A stretch of 64,000 nt of DNA from a virus. Both the position numbers and the translations under genes were made by a program. The stretch lies in IMG/VR virus record IMGVR_UViG_3300049855_000348, positions 1-64,000 of that record, one strand, 5' to 3'. Every line of letters begins with the position of its first letter. Position 1 is the first letter of the stretch. Below are positions 55,957-64,000 of the stretch, one piece after another. Under the pieces are notes generated by a model. The model was given only the letters and a program-made list of their open reading frames with translations. It searched no databases and was not told where the DNA came from.

Positions 55957-56683
55957 GCCATGGCTGGAGATCTTGACGGAGTCGCACGATCCAGAACCCG
56001 AGGTGACTTGGGTACCATGCGAAGCCTGGGAAGATGACTGCCTCGTCTTGCCGGCTGTCGCCGATGAACAGATCATCACCGAGGGCAATGCTGCCGACGT
56101 GCTCAAGAAGCTGCGTGCTGACGGTTGGTCAACCTCTGGTCGTTCCCTGTCCAGAATCCTCAAGGAAGTCGACCCACGCTTCATCAACCACGCTGAGCAC
56201 TTGAAACGCCTCACGCAGGGCGGTGTGCGCCCCGATGGGACACCTTTCCCTGGTGGTGGTGGTCTGCGGTGGGGTGGACTGCTGATCTCGGCCAAGGAAG
56301 CCCTGCTGCGCGTCCTGGGCTCGTATGAATACAACGACACTCAGGAGCAGTACCAGCAGACCATCCGCTTCGCCAACTTCCACAAGATCGCCAAGGCTCG
56401 TGGAGTGAACTGGACCGAGAAGGCTCGGATGCTGATGAACGACCGGATCAAGGTCCACTGCGACTGCCCGGCCTTCCGGTACTTCTACGCCTACACCGCC
56501 ACCAAGAAGGGCTTCGGCCTGTACCCGGAACTGCGACCCAGCGAGAAGACCAACAAGCAGAAGAACGGCGGTATCTGCAAGCACCTGAATCTGGTCTTGG
56601 CCCACCTGCCTTCCCAGGCACAGAGCATCGCCGGTGAGATGAAGAGCCACTTCGGGGTGAAGATCAAGAAGAAGACCAAGTAG
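55946..56683 (+). CDS. SWIM zinc-finger protein
   Basis: 245 aa with VHCDCPAFRYF...GGICKHLNLVL, a CxC...CxH pattern. Confidence 0.55.
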   Translation: MLGKPWLEILTESHDPEPEVTWVPCEAWEDDCLVLPAVADEQIITEGNAADVLKKLRADGWSTSGRSLSRILKEVDPRFINHAEHLKRLTQGGVRPDGTPFPGGGGLRWGGLLISAKEALLRVLGSYEYNDTQEQYQQTIRFANFHKIAKARGVNWTEKARMLMNDRIKVHCDCPAFRYFYAYTATKKGFGLYPELRPSEKTNKQKNGGICKHLNLVLAHLPSQAQSIAGEMKSHFGVKIKKKTK

Positions 56684-56686
56684 GTG

Positions 56687-56714
56687 TTGACTTAGACTGA
56701 AAGGTCGCTATAAT
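56687..56714 (+). promoter_or_regulatory. class I promoter with leaderless geometry
   Basis: TTGACTTAGACtgaaagGTCGCTATAAT followed by ctgggcATG. The ATG at 56721 is 7 nt after the -10. Confidence 0.8.
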
Positions 56715-56720
56715 CTGGGC

Positions 56721-56894
56721 ATGAACGAAGCGAAGAAAATCACCTTCCTGCCCATCCGCACGACGCTCTCTGGTCGTGACTCGACCTGCGGCAAGATCCG
56801 CGAGTGGTTGGTCCTCGAAGGTGGTGTGCAGATCAGCCGCCGCTACTCTCTCAAGGACTGCAAGCGTGACTACCCGACGGGAGTGAAGGCATGA
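56721..56894 (+). CDS. 57-aa hypothetical protein (below the ORF-track cutoff)
   Basis: The ATG sits at the predicted +1. The frame (MNEAKKITFLPIRTT...) ends in an ATGA overlap with the next gene. Confidence 0.5.
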   Translation: MNEAKKITFLPIRTTLSGRDSTCGKIREWLVLEGGVQISRRYSLKDCKRDYPTGVKA

Positions 56895-57139
56895 CCAACT
56901 CCGAGACCATCGCTCAAGCCCTCCGTGAGTTCGCCAATTTACTGGGCGAGGAGGTCAAGAAGTCCGAAACTCCTGAAGATCAGGAGAAATGGATGGAACT
57001 GAGCGTCCTGATGCGTCGTTTCGCTCGCTTGGCGGCTGCGATGCCGTTCGAGGCGGCCAAGGAACTGGTCAAAGAGTTCGAGGAAGAGGACCGCAGCATC
57101 ATCATGGACTTGCTGGGTAAGAAGGGGATCTTCTTCTAA
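56891..57139 (+). CDS. hypothetical protein
   Basis: 82-aa ORF. Confidence 0.5.
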   Translation: MTNSETIAQALREFANLLGEEVKKSETPEDQEKWMELSVLMRRFARLAAAMPFEAAKELVKEFEEEDRSIIMDLLGKKGIFF

Positions 57140-57158
57140 GTCCCGTCTAAATAGGTGC

Positions 57159-58070
57159 ATGCCTGATGGACCTGGACGTGCAACACGCCGAGATGTAGCC
57201 AGCCACAACAGCAACCCGCTGGGTTTTCAGGGGTTGTGGAGTGGTGTTGTCGTTGACGATCTCGATCCGCTGAAAATTGGTCGTGTTCGTCTGCGCATCT
57301 TCGACCTGCACGATGAAGAGACCCCGGTGGCAGAACTGCCCTGGGCGTTGCCGTGCTTCCCCTCAGCCTTCATGAACGCCACCGATCCGACCAAGTCGGG
57401 TGGTTTCTTCCAGGTGCCGCCGATCGACGCCATGGTCCACGTGATGTTCCAGAAGGGAGATCCAGAGTTCCCTGTTTGGATGGGTGGCTGGTTCCCCAAG
57501 GAACCCGGCATCATCGGTCGTGAGAAGTACACCTCGAACGACAATCGCAAGGCGCTCTACAACGGCGAAGGTCGACCAGCTTGCCCATCGTGGCGGTCAT
57601 TGCGTGGTCACGTCATCGAACTCGATGATGAGGTTCCCGAACTTCGCATCACCTCCACCAATGGTCACAAGATCACGATGTCGGATGGTGCTGGTGAGCA
57701 GGGCGACTGCATCAAGCTCGAAGATCATGCCGGCAATTACATCTGGATGGATACCGGTCGCGGTCTCTTGTCGATTCGTTGGGACGGTGATGTGAAGGAA
57801 CACATCACTGGCAATAAACAAATCATCATCGACGGCAATCTTCAGATGACCGTCGGTGGTAACCACGAGACATCAGCCGACGGTAACATCACGCACCTCG
57901 CTTCTGGTCAGATGTCTCTCGACTCGCCAATGATCAATCTCAACGGAGGCATTGCTCAAGAGCCTTCCATCAGCGAAGCTGCGCAGGGTGCGGAATCCGC
58001 TGGCGACTCTGTCGGCGAAGTTCTGAAACGCCTCGGCAACACCATCCGCAAGATCCTGACAGGAAAGTAA
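57159..58070 (+). CDS. baseplate central spike/hub protein (gpV / gp5 OB-fold-like)
   Basis: GVVVDDLDPLKIGRVRLRIF...LPWALPCFP...GGFFQVPPIDAMVHVMFQKGDPEFPVWMGGWF, followed by beta-helix-like repeats. Confidence 0.75.
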   Translation: MPDGPGRATRRDVASHNSNPLGFQGLWSGVVVDDLDPLKIGRVRLRIFDLHDEETPVAELPWALPCFPSAFMNATDPTKSGGFFQVPPIDAMVHVMFQKGDPEFPVWMGGWFPKEPGIIGREKYTSNDNRKALYNGEGRPACPSWRSLRGHVIELDDEVPELRITSTNGHKITMSDGAGEQGDCIKLEDHAGNYIWMDTGRGLLSIRWDGDVKEHITGNKQIIIDGNLQMTVGGNHETSADGNITHLASGQMSLDSPMINLNGGIAQEPSISEAAQGAESAGDSVGEVLKRLGNTIRKILTGK

Positions 58071-58071
58071 C

Positions 58072-59787
58072 ATGGCCATCTGCACCGATCCGGTTGATCT
58101 CTGCGGCGTAAAGATCCCTCACGCTGGCTGCAACATCGACTCGTATGAGAACGGCCTTGGACCCGGCATGCAGCACATCATCCAGTTGAACTGGATCACT
58201 GTGCCTAGCGAAGAGGCGACGATCCCCGAGGTGTGGGTGTTCGTCGATGGCTACAAGCCGCTCCGCCTCGGCAATTTCGCTGATGGTCAATACTACTCCA
58301 TTTCGTGGGATCTTCGTAAGACGATGCAATCAGGCACCGTCCGTATTGGTCTCCAGTTCCCGCCGACGGAAGATGAGAAGATCCAGGGCAAGCAAGGTGC
58401 GCTGGTCTTCAGCACGGTCACCAACTACTTCGAGAACCGCATCGAACTGACCTTCGATCACAACGTCAGCGGTGCGGCATCTGAGACCTTCGCTGAAGTC
58501 CAGGCTGTTCCCGGTTCTCAAGAGGTCTGCGGTACCGACAGCAGCTATGGTGTCTGCATCTTCGATTGCTGCCCTCAGAACTGCACGAAGCCCTACGACA
58601 ACAACGTCTTCTGCTGGGAGACTCACAACGAGTCAGCCTTCGCCGTTCGTGATGCCATCGATCCCGGTCTCGCCAAGCAGGTCTTCGTTGCTTCCGAATC
58701 TGGTGTCATGCCCATCCGTGGTGTGGCTCTGACACGTTCCGGTGACGCCTACGACCAGGACACGAAGCTCCTCTACGCCAGCCAGCAATGGGTCATGGTG
58801 TGGGACTTTGAGCAGGGTCGCTTGATGGATTTCTTCCCCAAGGAATGGCTGCGCTACGGCGCTGCGTTCTATTATCAGAACCAGACCCTACGGAAGGAGA
58901 TCAAGGCCGGCTTCTCGAACCGCAAGCCGTACTACATCGAGATCGTCGATCTCGGCTTGGTGAACAACCCTCAGGGTGCCTACAACCTCGACCTCGACTC
59001 CAGCGGTCAGCATGCGCAGAACTGGGATGTCCCATCCCGCATCCTGGCTCTGCACCGTGAAGGTCAGCAGCGTCCCGCTCCCGGCTGGGGCAAGCCGAAA
59101 CCAGTGGGCGCTGAAGCCCTCTACACCGAGTTCAATCACCTCAGTGTCGACACTTACCGTCAGGTCTCGAATGAGGCTGCGCCGGCCCTGCGTCAGCGTT
59201 TCTTCGAGGACCGTAAGCTGTTCCTCGAACACACCACCAAGCAGCGCCACCACGATCAGATCATGTTCCTGACCAAGGAGGTCGCCGAGCGTACCCTTCG
59301 TGCCTTGCAGGATGTGGTGGAGAATGGTCGCCATCTGGTCGATACGTTGAACCCCGAAAGCCAGAACGGCTTCGGCTATTACATGATCACCATCCTGAAC
59401 ATCATCAGCCAGAAGATGCTGAAGGCGAAGGCTGACATCAAGATGCAGCAGTTTGGTGACTTCAAGCTCGAAGCCGATGAAGAGACGGCTGCTGACTGGT
59501 CTCGTTACATCTACGGCGAGCTACGCCGTCTGGTGGAGATCACCAAGATCGAGAAGAAGGACTTCCAGGCCACCATGCTGGAAGCTCTGAAGACGGCTGA
59601 TCCGGCTGACCCGACCAGCCTGCTCAAGAAGATCCAGGAACTGATCGACCCGGCCCTGCTCAAGCAGCAGTACGACATCGCCGCCAACGGTCGAATCAAT
59701 GCCGGTGGTGGTCTCAACGATCCGGATACCGCCACTGAAAATCAGATCCGTGGCATCCCAACTGCGAAGACCATCAAGTCGACGTAA
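58072..59787 (+). CDS. hypothetical baseplate-module protein
   Basis: 571-aa ORF. Confidence 0.6.
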   Translation: MAICTDPVDLCGVKIPHAGCNIDSYENGLGPGMQHIIQLNWITVPSEEATIPEVWVFVDGYKPLRLGNFADGQYYSISWDLRKTMQSGTVRIGLQFPPTEDEKIQGKQGALVFSTVTNYFENRIELTFDHNVSGAASETFAEVQAVPGSQEVCGTDSSYGVCIFDCCPQNCTKPYDNNVFCWETHNESAFAVRDAIDPGLAKQVFVASESGVMPIRGVALTRSGDAYDQDTKLLYASQQWVMVWDFEQGRLMDFFPKEWLRYGAAFYYQNQTLRKEIKAGFSNRKPYYIEIVDLGLVNNPQGAYNLDLDSSGQHAQNWDVPSRILALHREGQQRPAPGWGKPKPVGAEALYTEFNHLSVDTYRQVSNEAAPALRQRFFEDRKLFLEHTTKQRHHDQIMFLTKEVAERTLRALQDVVENGRHLVDTLNPESQNGFGYYMITILNIISQKMLKAKADIKMQQFGDFKLEADEETAADWSRYIYGELRRLVEITKIEKKDFQATMLEALKTADPADPTSLLKKIQELIDPALLKQQYDIAANGRINAGGGLNDPDTATENQIRGIPTAKTIKST

Positions 59788-59790
59788 CTG

Positions 59791-59798
59791 CTAGATAG
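59791..59798 (+). promoter_or_regulatory. CTAGATAG start-proximal box (class II motif)
   Basis: ctgCTAGATAGgaacaccATG, ending at the start at 59806. Confidence 0.4.
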
Positions 59799-59805
59799 GA
59801 ACACC

Positions 59806-60642
59806 ATGAGCGCACCATCTGGAGCAGGAATCAGCGACCCACGAGCCAAGCACCGTCCGGTGAATTATGGCCGTCCGTCGACCAATCAGCCGCTGCGCCT
59901 GCCACGTGATACTAACTCACCGGTGGCACGCATCTCCTCGAACCCGCTGTCACGTTCGGCTAGCCAGAGTTCGACCTTCAGCAGCAATGCCATTCAGGTC
60001 GGCCAGCCCGTCGATACCTCGAACAGCACTGCCCGTATGGTGGCGTTCACGGTGGACAACCAGACCAATGCCGGCGCATCACAACTGACGGCTGCTGAAC
60101 AGGCTCGCAACCTGGAAGCTGTCAACGCTCGCAAGTCGGGCGTGCTTGGTTGCATCGGTAAGAGCCCGTCGAATCCGAACCCTGGCTGTGCCACGCCGTG
60201 CGACACGATCGACTGCTTGGAGAAGATGCTGGTGGGCAACCTGCTCGACCTGGATGCCAAGAAGCTCCTGTGCGATGCAGTCACTGCCACCGAGCGTGCC
60301 ATCAAGCGTGATGTCGACTCGGCTGGTGATCAGCTTCTCGGAGCCGCCAAGGCACTGACCGACATCAGCGTCATCAATGCCCCGCTGCGTGTGGTGAACA
60401 ACTTCATCGGCAAGATCGACCCTGGTCAGGTGGCCAACTGCTTGGGTGCCCAAGCGGTGAAGGACAACATCCAGGGCAAGCTGCGCAAAGCTCAGAACAC
60501 GGTCAAGAAGTTCCAGAAGGGCTACCAAGACAAGATCGCCAAGAAATTCAACGATGGCACGGCTGCCCTCCAGCAGTTCAGCCTTGCACCTGATCAGTGC
60601 AACCGCCCGAAACCAGCTAGCCTCAGTGGAATCCTGGTGTGA
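59806..60642 (+). CDS. hypothetical baseplate-module protein
   Basis: 278-aa ORF. Confidence 0.55.
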   Translation: MSAPSGAGISDPRAKHRPVNYGRPSTNQPLRLPRDTNSPVARISSNPLSRSASQSSTFSSNAIQVGQPVDTSNSTARMVAFTVDNQTNAGASQLTAAEQARNLEAVNARKSGVLGCIGKSPSNPNPGCATPCDTIDCLEKMLVGNLLDLDAKKLLCDAVTATERAIKRDVDSAGDQLLGAAKALTDISVINAPLRVVNNFIGKIDPGQVANCLGAQAVKDNIQGKLRKAQNTVKKFQKGYQDKIAKKFNDGTAALQQFSLAPDQCNRPKPASLSGILV

Positions 60643-61085
60643 TCGACATCGTCAAACCGGTGCGGCCTCCGAATGTGACGGGAAGTTCAATCTTCTCGTC
60701 CGGGTTCGGTTTCAACACCTTCACACCGCAGCGTAAACAGTTCGCGTTGCTGGCCAACTTCGATTCGATCAGGGACAATATCCGTAACATCATCTTCTTC
60801 CGCAAGGGTGACTACCCGGACAATCCTGACTTCGGCATCGGCCTGCAAGACTATCTCTTCGAGCAAGCTGACGAAGTCATGCGTATCGCTCTGAATCAAG
60901 AGACACGCCGTCAGATCTCTCGCTACGAGCCACGTGTCGTCATTCGCTCCATCAGCGTCAGCACCCCATCGTGGGCTGATGATGCGGTGGTGCTGGATAT
61001 CGATCTGCTGGTGAACAACATCCAACTCTCAGGCGCGGCATCTGCCAGTGGCGGCTTCTCCATCAACCCAACAGGTTCAGCATGA
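60639..61085 (+). CDS. baseplate wedge protein, GPW/gp25-like
   Basis: IRDNIRNIIFFRKGDYPDNPDFGIGLQDYLFEQ...ISRYEPRV matches the gp25-family pattern. Confidence 0.75.
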   Translation: MIDIVKPVRPPNVTGSSIFSSGFGFNTFTPQRKQFALLANFDSIRDNIRNIIFFRKGDYPDNPDFGIGLQDYLFEQADEVMRIALNQETRRQISRYEPRVVIRSISVSTPSWADDAVVLDIDLLVNNIQLSGAASASGGFSINPTGSA

Positions 61086-63040
61086 GCACAGAAGTCGAAG
61101 TCGGCCTCATCCCACGTGGACGCAAGTCCTACTCCCAGGTCGAATACTCGTCACTGGACCGTGAGACCATCGAACAGTCGTTGATCGACTACGTTCGTGC
61201 CACGTTCCCTGAGCAGCGCGACTACGTCGAGTCGGCTGGCTTCCGCATCGTCACTCGTGAGATCTCCTACGTTGCTGACCTGCTCAGCTACCGCGCCGAC
61301 TACCTCGCCAACAACAACTACCTGCCGACTGCCACCAACCTGCGTGCGCTCGACAACCTGTTGGCTTTGATCGGCTACCGTCGCTCCTCGGTGCAGCCTG
61401 CTGCTACCGACGTGATCATCGTTCCGCAGCAGACCATCGGCAATCCAGACATTCCGGCTGAAGCTGCCAACACTGTCCGCATCCCGGCCAAGACCGTCAT
61501 CACCGGCGTCGGCAAGATGGGCAACCCGGTCAGCTTCGAGTTGTTCGCTGGCCCCACCAACATCTTCGACGACATTGAGATCCCAGCCGGTCAGGCGAAC
61601 GTCGCCGCCTATGCTGTTGAAGGCATCAGCAAGACCATCGTCGTCAAGAGTAACGGCGAACGCTTCCAGCAGATCTACCTGTCGGACATCAGCATCATCC
61701 AGGATACCATCCGCATCAATGCCGGTGTCTACGACTCCACTGATCCCAGCGTCGGCACGACCTACAATCCGAACCTCCCACAATGGGAGCGTGTCGACTA
61801 CATCGTCACCCATCGTGCTGAGAACGTCTTCGAGGCTCGCCTTCGTCCTGATGGTCTGACGCTGATCAGCTTCGGTGATGGCACCTTCGGCAATACCATC
61901 CCCCTCGGCCAAGACATCATCATCAACTACCGTCAAGGCGGTGGTGAGAACGGTAACGTCCTGCCCGGTGGTCTGACCGGCAATGGCAACTTCCCGATCT
62001 ACAACGGTGGTCTGCGTACGCCGAACTCGGTCGGCTGCGCCATGACCAACGTCGCTCGTGGCGTGGGTGGCCGCGACGAGGAAGGCATCGAAGAGGCCAA
62101 GTTCCTCGCTCCGCTGGTCTACCAAGCCCAGAGCCGTGCCGTCAAGGATATCGACTTCACCGCCCTGGCGCTGAAGCACCCCAAGGTCAGCAAGTGCGTT
62201 GCGGTGTCCCGTCAGGACATCGTCGTCGACAGCTTTGAGGATCCTGCCGAGTGGACCTTCCCATTGGCCGCCACTCAGCCGTACACCATCAACATCAACG
62301 TTCACCGTCTCGACCTGCGTACCTCGCAGAACTACACCGCCAACGTTCGCCCATCGAAAACCGTCTACACCGACATCAACGAGTTGGTGATCGAGTTGAA
62401 TGCGCTGCTCGGCTGGTCGTACGATGAAGCCTCGTTGAGTTTCTATCCGACGGTACTCAACAAACAGTTCATCGGTCGCTTCGATGTCTCCATCCAGGGC
62501 TACATCGAGTTCTGGGTCACCCCAGGCAGCTACCAAGCACGCCTGAGCATCAACACCGGTGGCAATGCCTTGCTGCCGCGCCTGTTCATCCCGGCTGGTG
62601 ATTACGGTCGTGTCGATGCCAACTACGTCGACCTGCACATCCTCACCTACGCCGATGACGGCAACGTGGCAGTCCCCAATGTCGCCCTGGTCAACGATCT
62701 GCGCACCTACTTCGACAAATACCGTGAGATCCAGACCGAGATCGTCATCCGTCGTGGCTTCATCCAGCGTGTCGACATCGACGGCAACGTCTACATCGAC
62801 AAGACCGCAGATCCCATCCAGATCCGCAACAAGGTCGATCAAGCCATCAAGGATCTGTTCTCTGCCAGCAAGCGTGAACTGGGTGAGCCGTTCTACGTCT
62901 CGAAGCTCTTCGAGGCCATCGAAGCTATCAGCGGTGTCGCCTACGTTGACGAGTTCAAGCCCGCACAGAATGTCTTCCCAGACTCCCGCACGCTTCTTCA
63001 ACTGGGCACGGTCAACGTCGTGTTCTATGAGGCCAAGTAA
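61082..63040 (+). CDS. baseplate J-like protein (gp6/gpJ family)
   Basis: 652 aa. It follows the gp25-like gene with an ATGA overlap. GGRDEEGIEEAKFLAP... and the C-terminal region are typical of baseplate J. Confidence 0.75.
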   Translation: MSTEVEVGLIPRGRKSYSQVEYSSLDRETIEQSLIDYVRATFPEQRDYVESAGFRIVTREISYVADLLSYRADYLANNNYLPTATNLRALDNLLALIGYRRSSVQPAATDVIIVPQQTIGNPDIPAEAANTVRIPAKTVITGVGKMGNPVSFELFAGPTNIFDDIEIPAGQANVAAYAVEGISKTIVVKSNGERFQQIYLSDISIIQDTIRINAGVYDSTDPSVGTTYNPNLPQWERVDYIVTHRAENVFEARLRPDGLTLISFGDGTFGNTIPLGQDIIINYRQGGGENGNVLPGGLTGNGNFPIYNGGLRTPNSVGCAMTNVARGVGGRDEEGIEEAKFLAPLVYQAQSRAVKDIDFTALALKHPKVSKCVAVSRQDIVVDSFEDPAEWTFPLAATQPYTININVHRLDLRTSQNYTANVRPSKTVYTDINELVIELNALLGWSYDEASLSFYPTVLNKQFIGRFDVSIQGYIEFWVTPGSYQARLSINTGGNALLPRLFIPAGDYGRVDANYVDLHILTYADDGNVAVPNVALVNDLRTYFDKYREIQTEIVIRRGFIQRVDIDGNVYIDKTADPIQIRNKVDQAIKDLFSASKRELGEPFYVSKLFEAIEAISGVAYVDEFKPAQNVFPDSRTLLQLGTVNVVFYEAK

Positions 63041-64000
63041 TGTCTCTTCAGGCGAACATCAATGTCCCTGGCCTGATCACGCTGAACTACCCCTACCAAG
63101 GGCAGTCCATCACCAGCCACGTTCGCTTGGCCGGCAACGTCATCATCCCGGACAAGGACAGCCTGCCCGCTGGTACCGATTACCTGATGGAGCAGTTGTC
63201 TCCTGGTGATCAATTGTTGGTCCTGCCGAGCCACGCTCTCTACGGCAAGACCTACAACATCAAGGACATCACCTACTACATGGACGGTGTTGCGGTTCGT
63301 CAGGTGGACTACACCGAAGACGAGATCCGCACCTACCGTTTCAACGATGACTACCTCTCGGTGTTCTACGGTGATGAGATCTCTGAAGGCAATCACGTCT
63401 ACACCATCGTGGTGACGGCCTACTCATCGCAGAACCCTGGCATCATCATCTACGACAGCCTCGAATTGAATTTCGTCTACGATCTGGCCAGCAACAGCAT
63501 CAAGACGATGCTCGATGCCATCACGCCTCAGCCATTCCTTGGTGCTGATGATCACCAGACGATCATGTACGCTTTGGACTACGTCCTCACGAAGCGCACT
63601 GAAGGCTCGCTGAAGACTGACATCGACTTCCTCGGCAGTCTCTACGATCTCGACAAAATCCCCGACTACCTGATCCCGTTCCTCGCCAAGACCATCGGCT
63701 ACGACTACTTCGCTGGTCTCCTCGGCAACGGTGACAGCATTCGTGAAGAACTGCGTTTCCTGCCTGACTGGCAGAAGTCTGTCGGTACCAAGGAAAGCAT
63801 CCTGGTCCTACTGCGTGCCCTGGCCATCTCAGGTAACATCGTTCCGCTCTACCTTGATCTCCAGAACAAGACTTTGGTCACTGGTGCCAAGCAGCGGTAC
63901 TTGCAGACCGACAGCACCAGCTTCCCAGCACAGACCAAACAAGCTCGTTGGACCATTCCACTCGTCCAACAGAACTTCGTCACCACGTCGATCAATCACA
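63040..64000 (+). CDS. tail/baseplate protein I-like (gpI family), 3' partial
   Basis: Not in the ORF track. The ATG at 63040 overlaps the TAA (TAATG) and the frame stays open to the window end. It contains ...IPFLAKTIGYDYF...LRFLPDWQKSVGTKESILVLLRAL... Confidence 0.65.
   Translation, partial: MSLQANINVPGLITLNYPYQGQSITSHVRLAGNVIIPDKDSLPAGTDYLMEQLSPGDQLLVLPSHALYGKTYNIKDITYYMDGVAVRQVDYTEDEIRTYRFNDDYLSVFYGDEISEGNHVYTIVVTAYSSQNPGIIIYDSLELNFVYDLASNSIKTMLDAITPQPFLGADDHQTIMYALDYVLTKRTEGSLKTDIDFLGSLYDLDKIPDYLIPFLAKTIGYDYFAGLLGNGDSIREELRFLPDWQKSVGTKESILVLLRALAISGNIVPLYLDLQNKTLVTGAKQRYLQTDSTSFPAQTKQARWTIPLVQQNFVTTSINH

Noticed and set aside
61151-63001. 616-aa antisense ORF opposite the baseplate J gene
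   Set aside because: It has the typical Asp/Val/Gly-rich composition of a shadow ORF. The sense strand has clear gp25/J/I family synteny and overlapping start/stop coupling.
1-64000. Alternative genetic code or stop-codon reassignment, suggested by the release factor plus the large tRNA set
   Set aside because: Long uninterrupted ORFs are obtained with the standard code. TAA, TAG and TGA all terminate well-supported genes, and no tRNA with a UCA, CUA or UUA anticodon was found.

Overview
This window looks like part of a large contractile-tail bacteriophage or prophage genome. GC is moderately high by eye, and all three stop codons terminate genes, so the standard code applies.

Layout:
- 1-5.3 kb: fiber/adhesin-like genes. 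These comprise a poly-Ser plus Ig-like domain tail and a DUF2341/LamG protein on the minus strand.
- 5.3-14 kb (+): a virion/tail module that includes the tape measure protein.
- 14-17.9 kb (+): an early/replication block with an XPD/DinG-type helicase and a MazG-like gene.
- 17.9-23.1 kb (+): a dense tRNA array of about 27 canonical tRNAs. It is interspersed with HNH endonuclease genes and many non-canonical tRNA-like or GNRA-rich structured RNAs.
- 23.9-24.6 kb (-): an RF1-like release factor gene that needs an RF2-style +1 frameshift.
- 24.6-30.3 kb (+): about 17 small early-type genes.
- 30.3-39.8 kb (-): an AT-richer glycosyltransferase/methyltransferase island plus hypothetical genes.
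- 39.9-40.8 kb (-): a second tRNA array holding only Leu, Tyr and Ser tRNAs.
- 43.6-44.8 kb: a convergent, overlapping RelA/SpoT-type synthetase and HD-hydrolase pair.
- 44.8-48.6 kb: DnaE.
- 48.6-64 kb: PAAR and HD proteins, then a virion/baseplate module (gpV-like spike, gp25-like, baseplate J, gpI-like).

Two recurrent regulatory motifs organise the window. The first is a 28-bp sigma70-like promoter, TTGACTTAGAC-N5-GGTCGCTATACT, present in about 16 copies and mostly positioned to give leaderless mRNAs. The second is a CTAGATAAGCC box sitting directly on structural-gene start codons.

All calls were made by eye from the sequence and ORF translations. No searches or folding programs were run.
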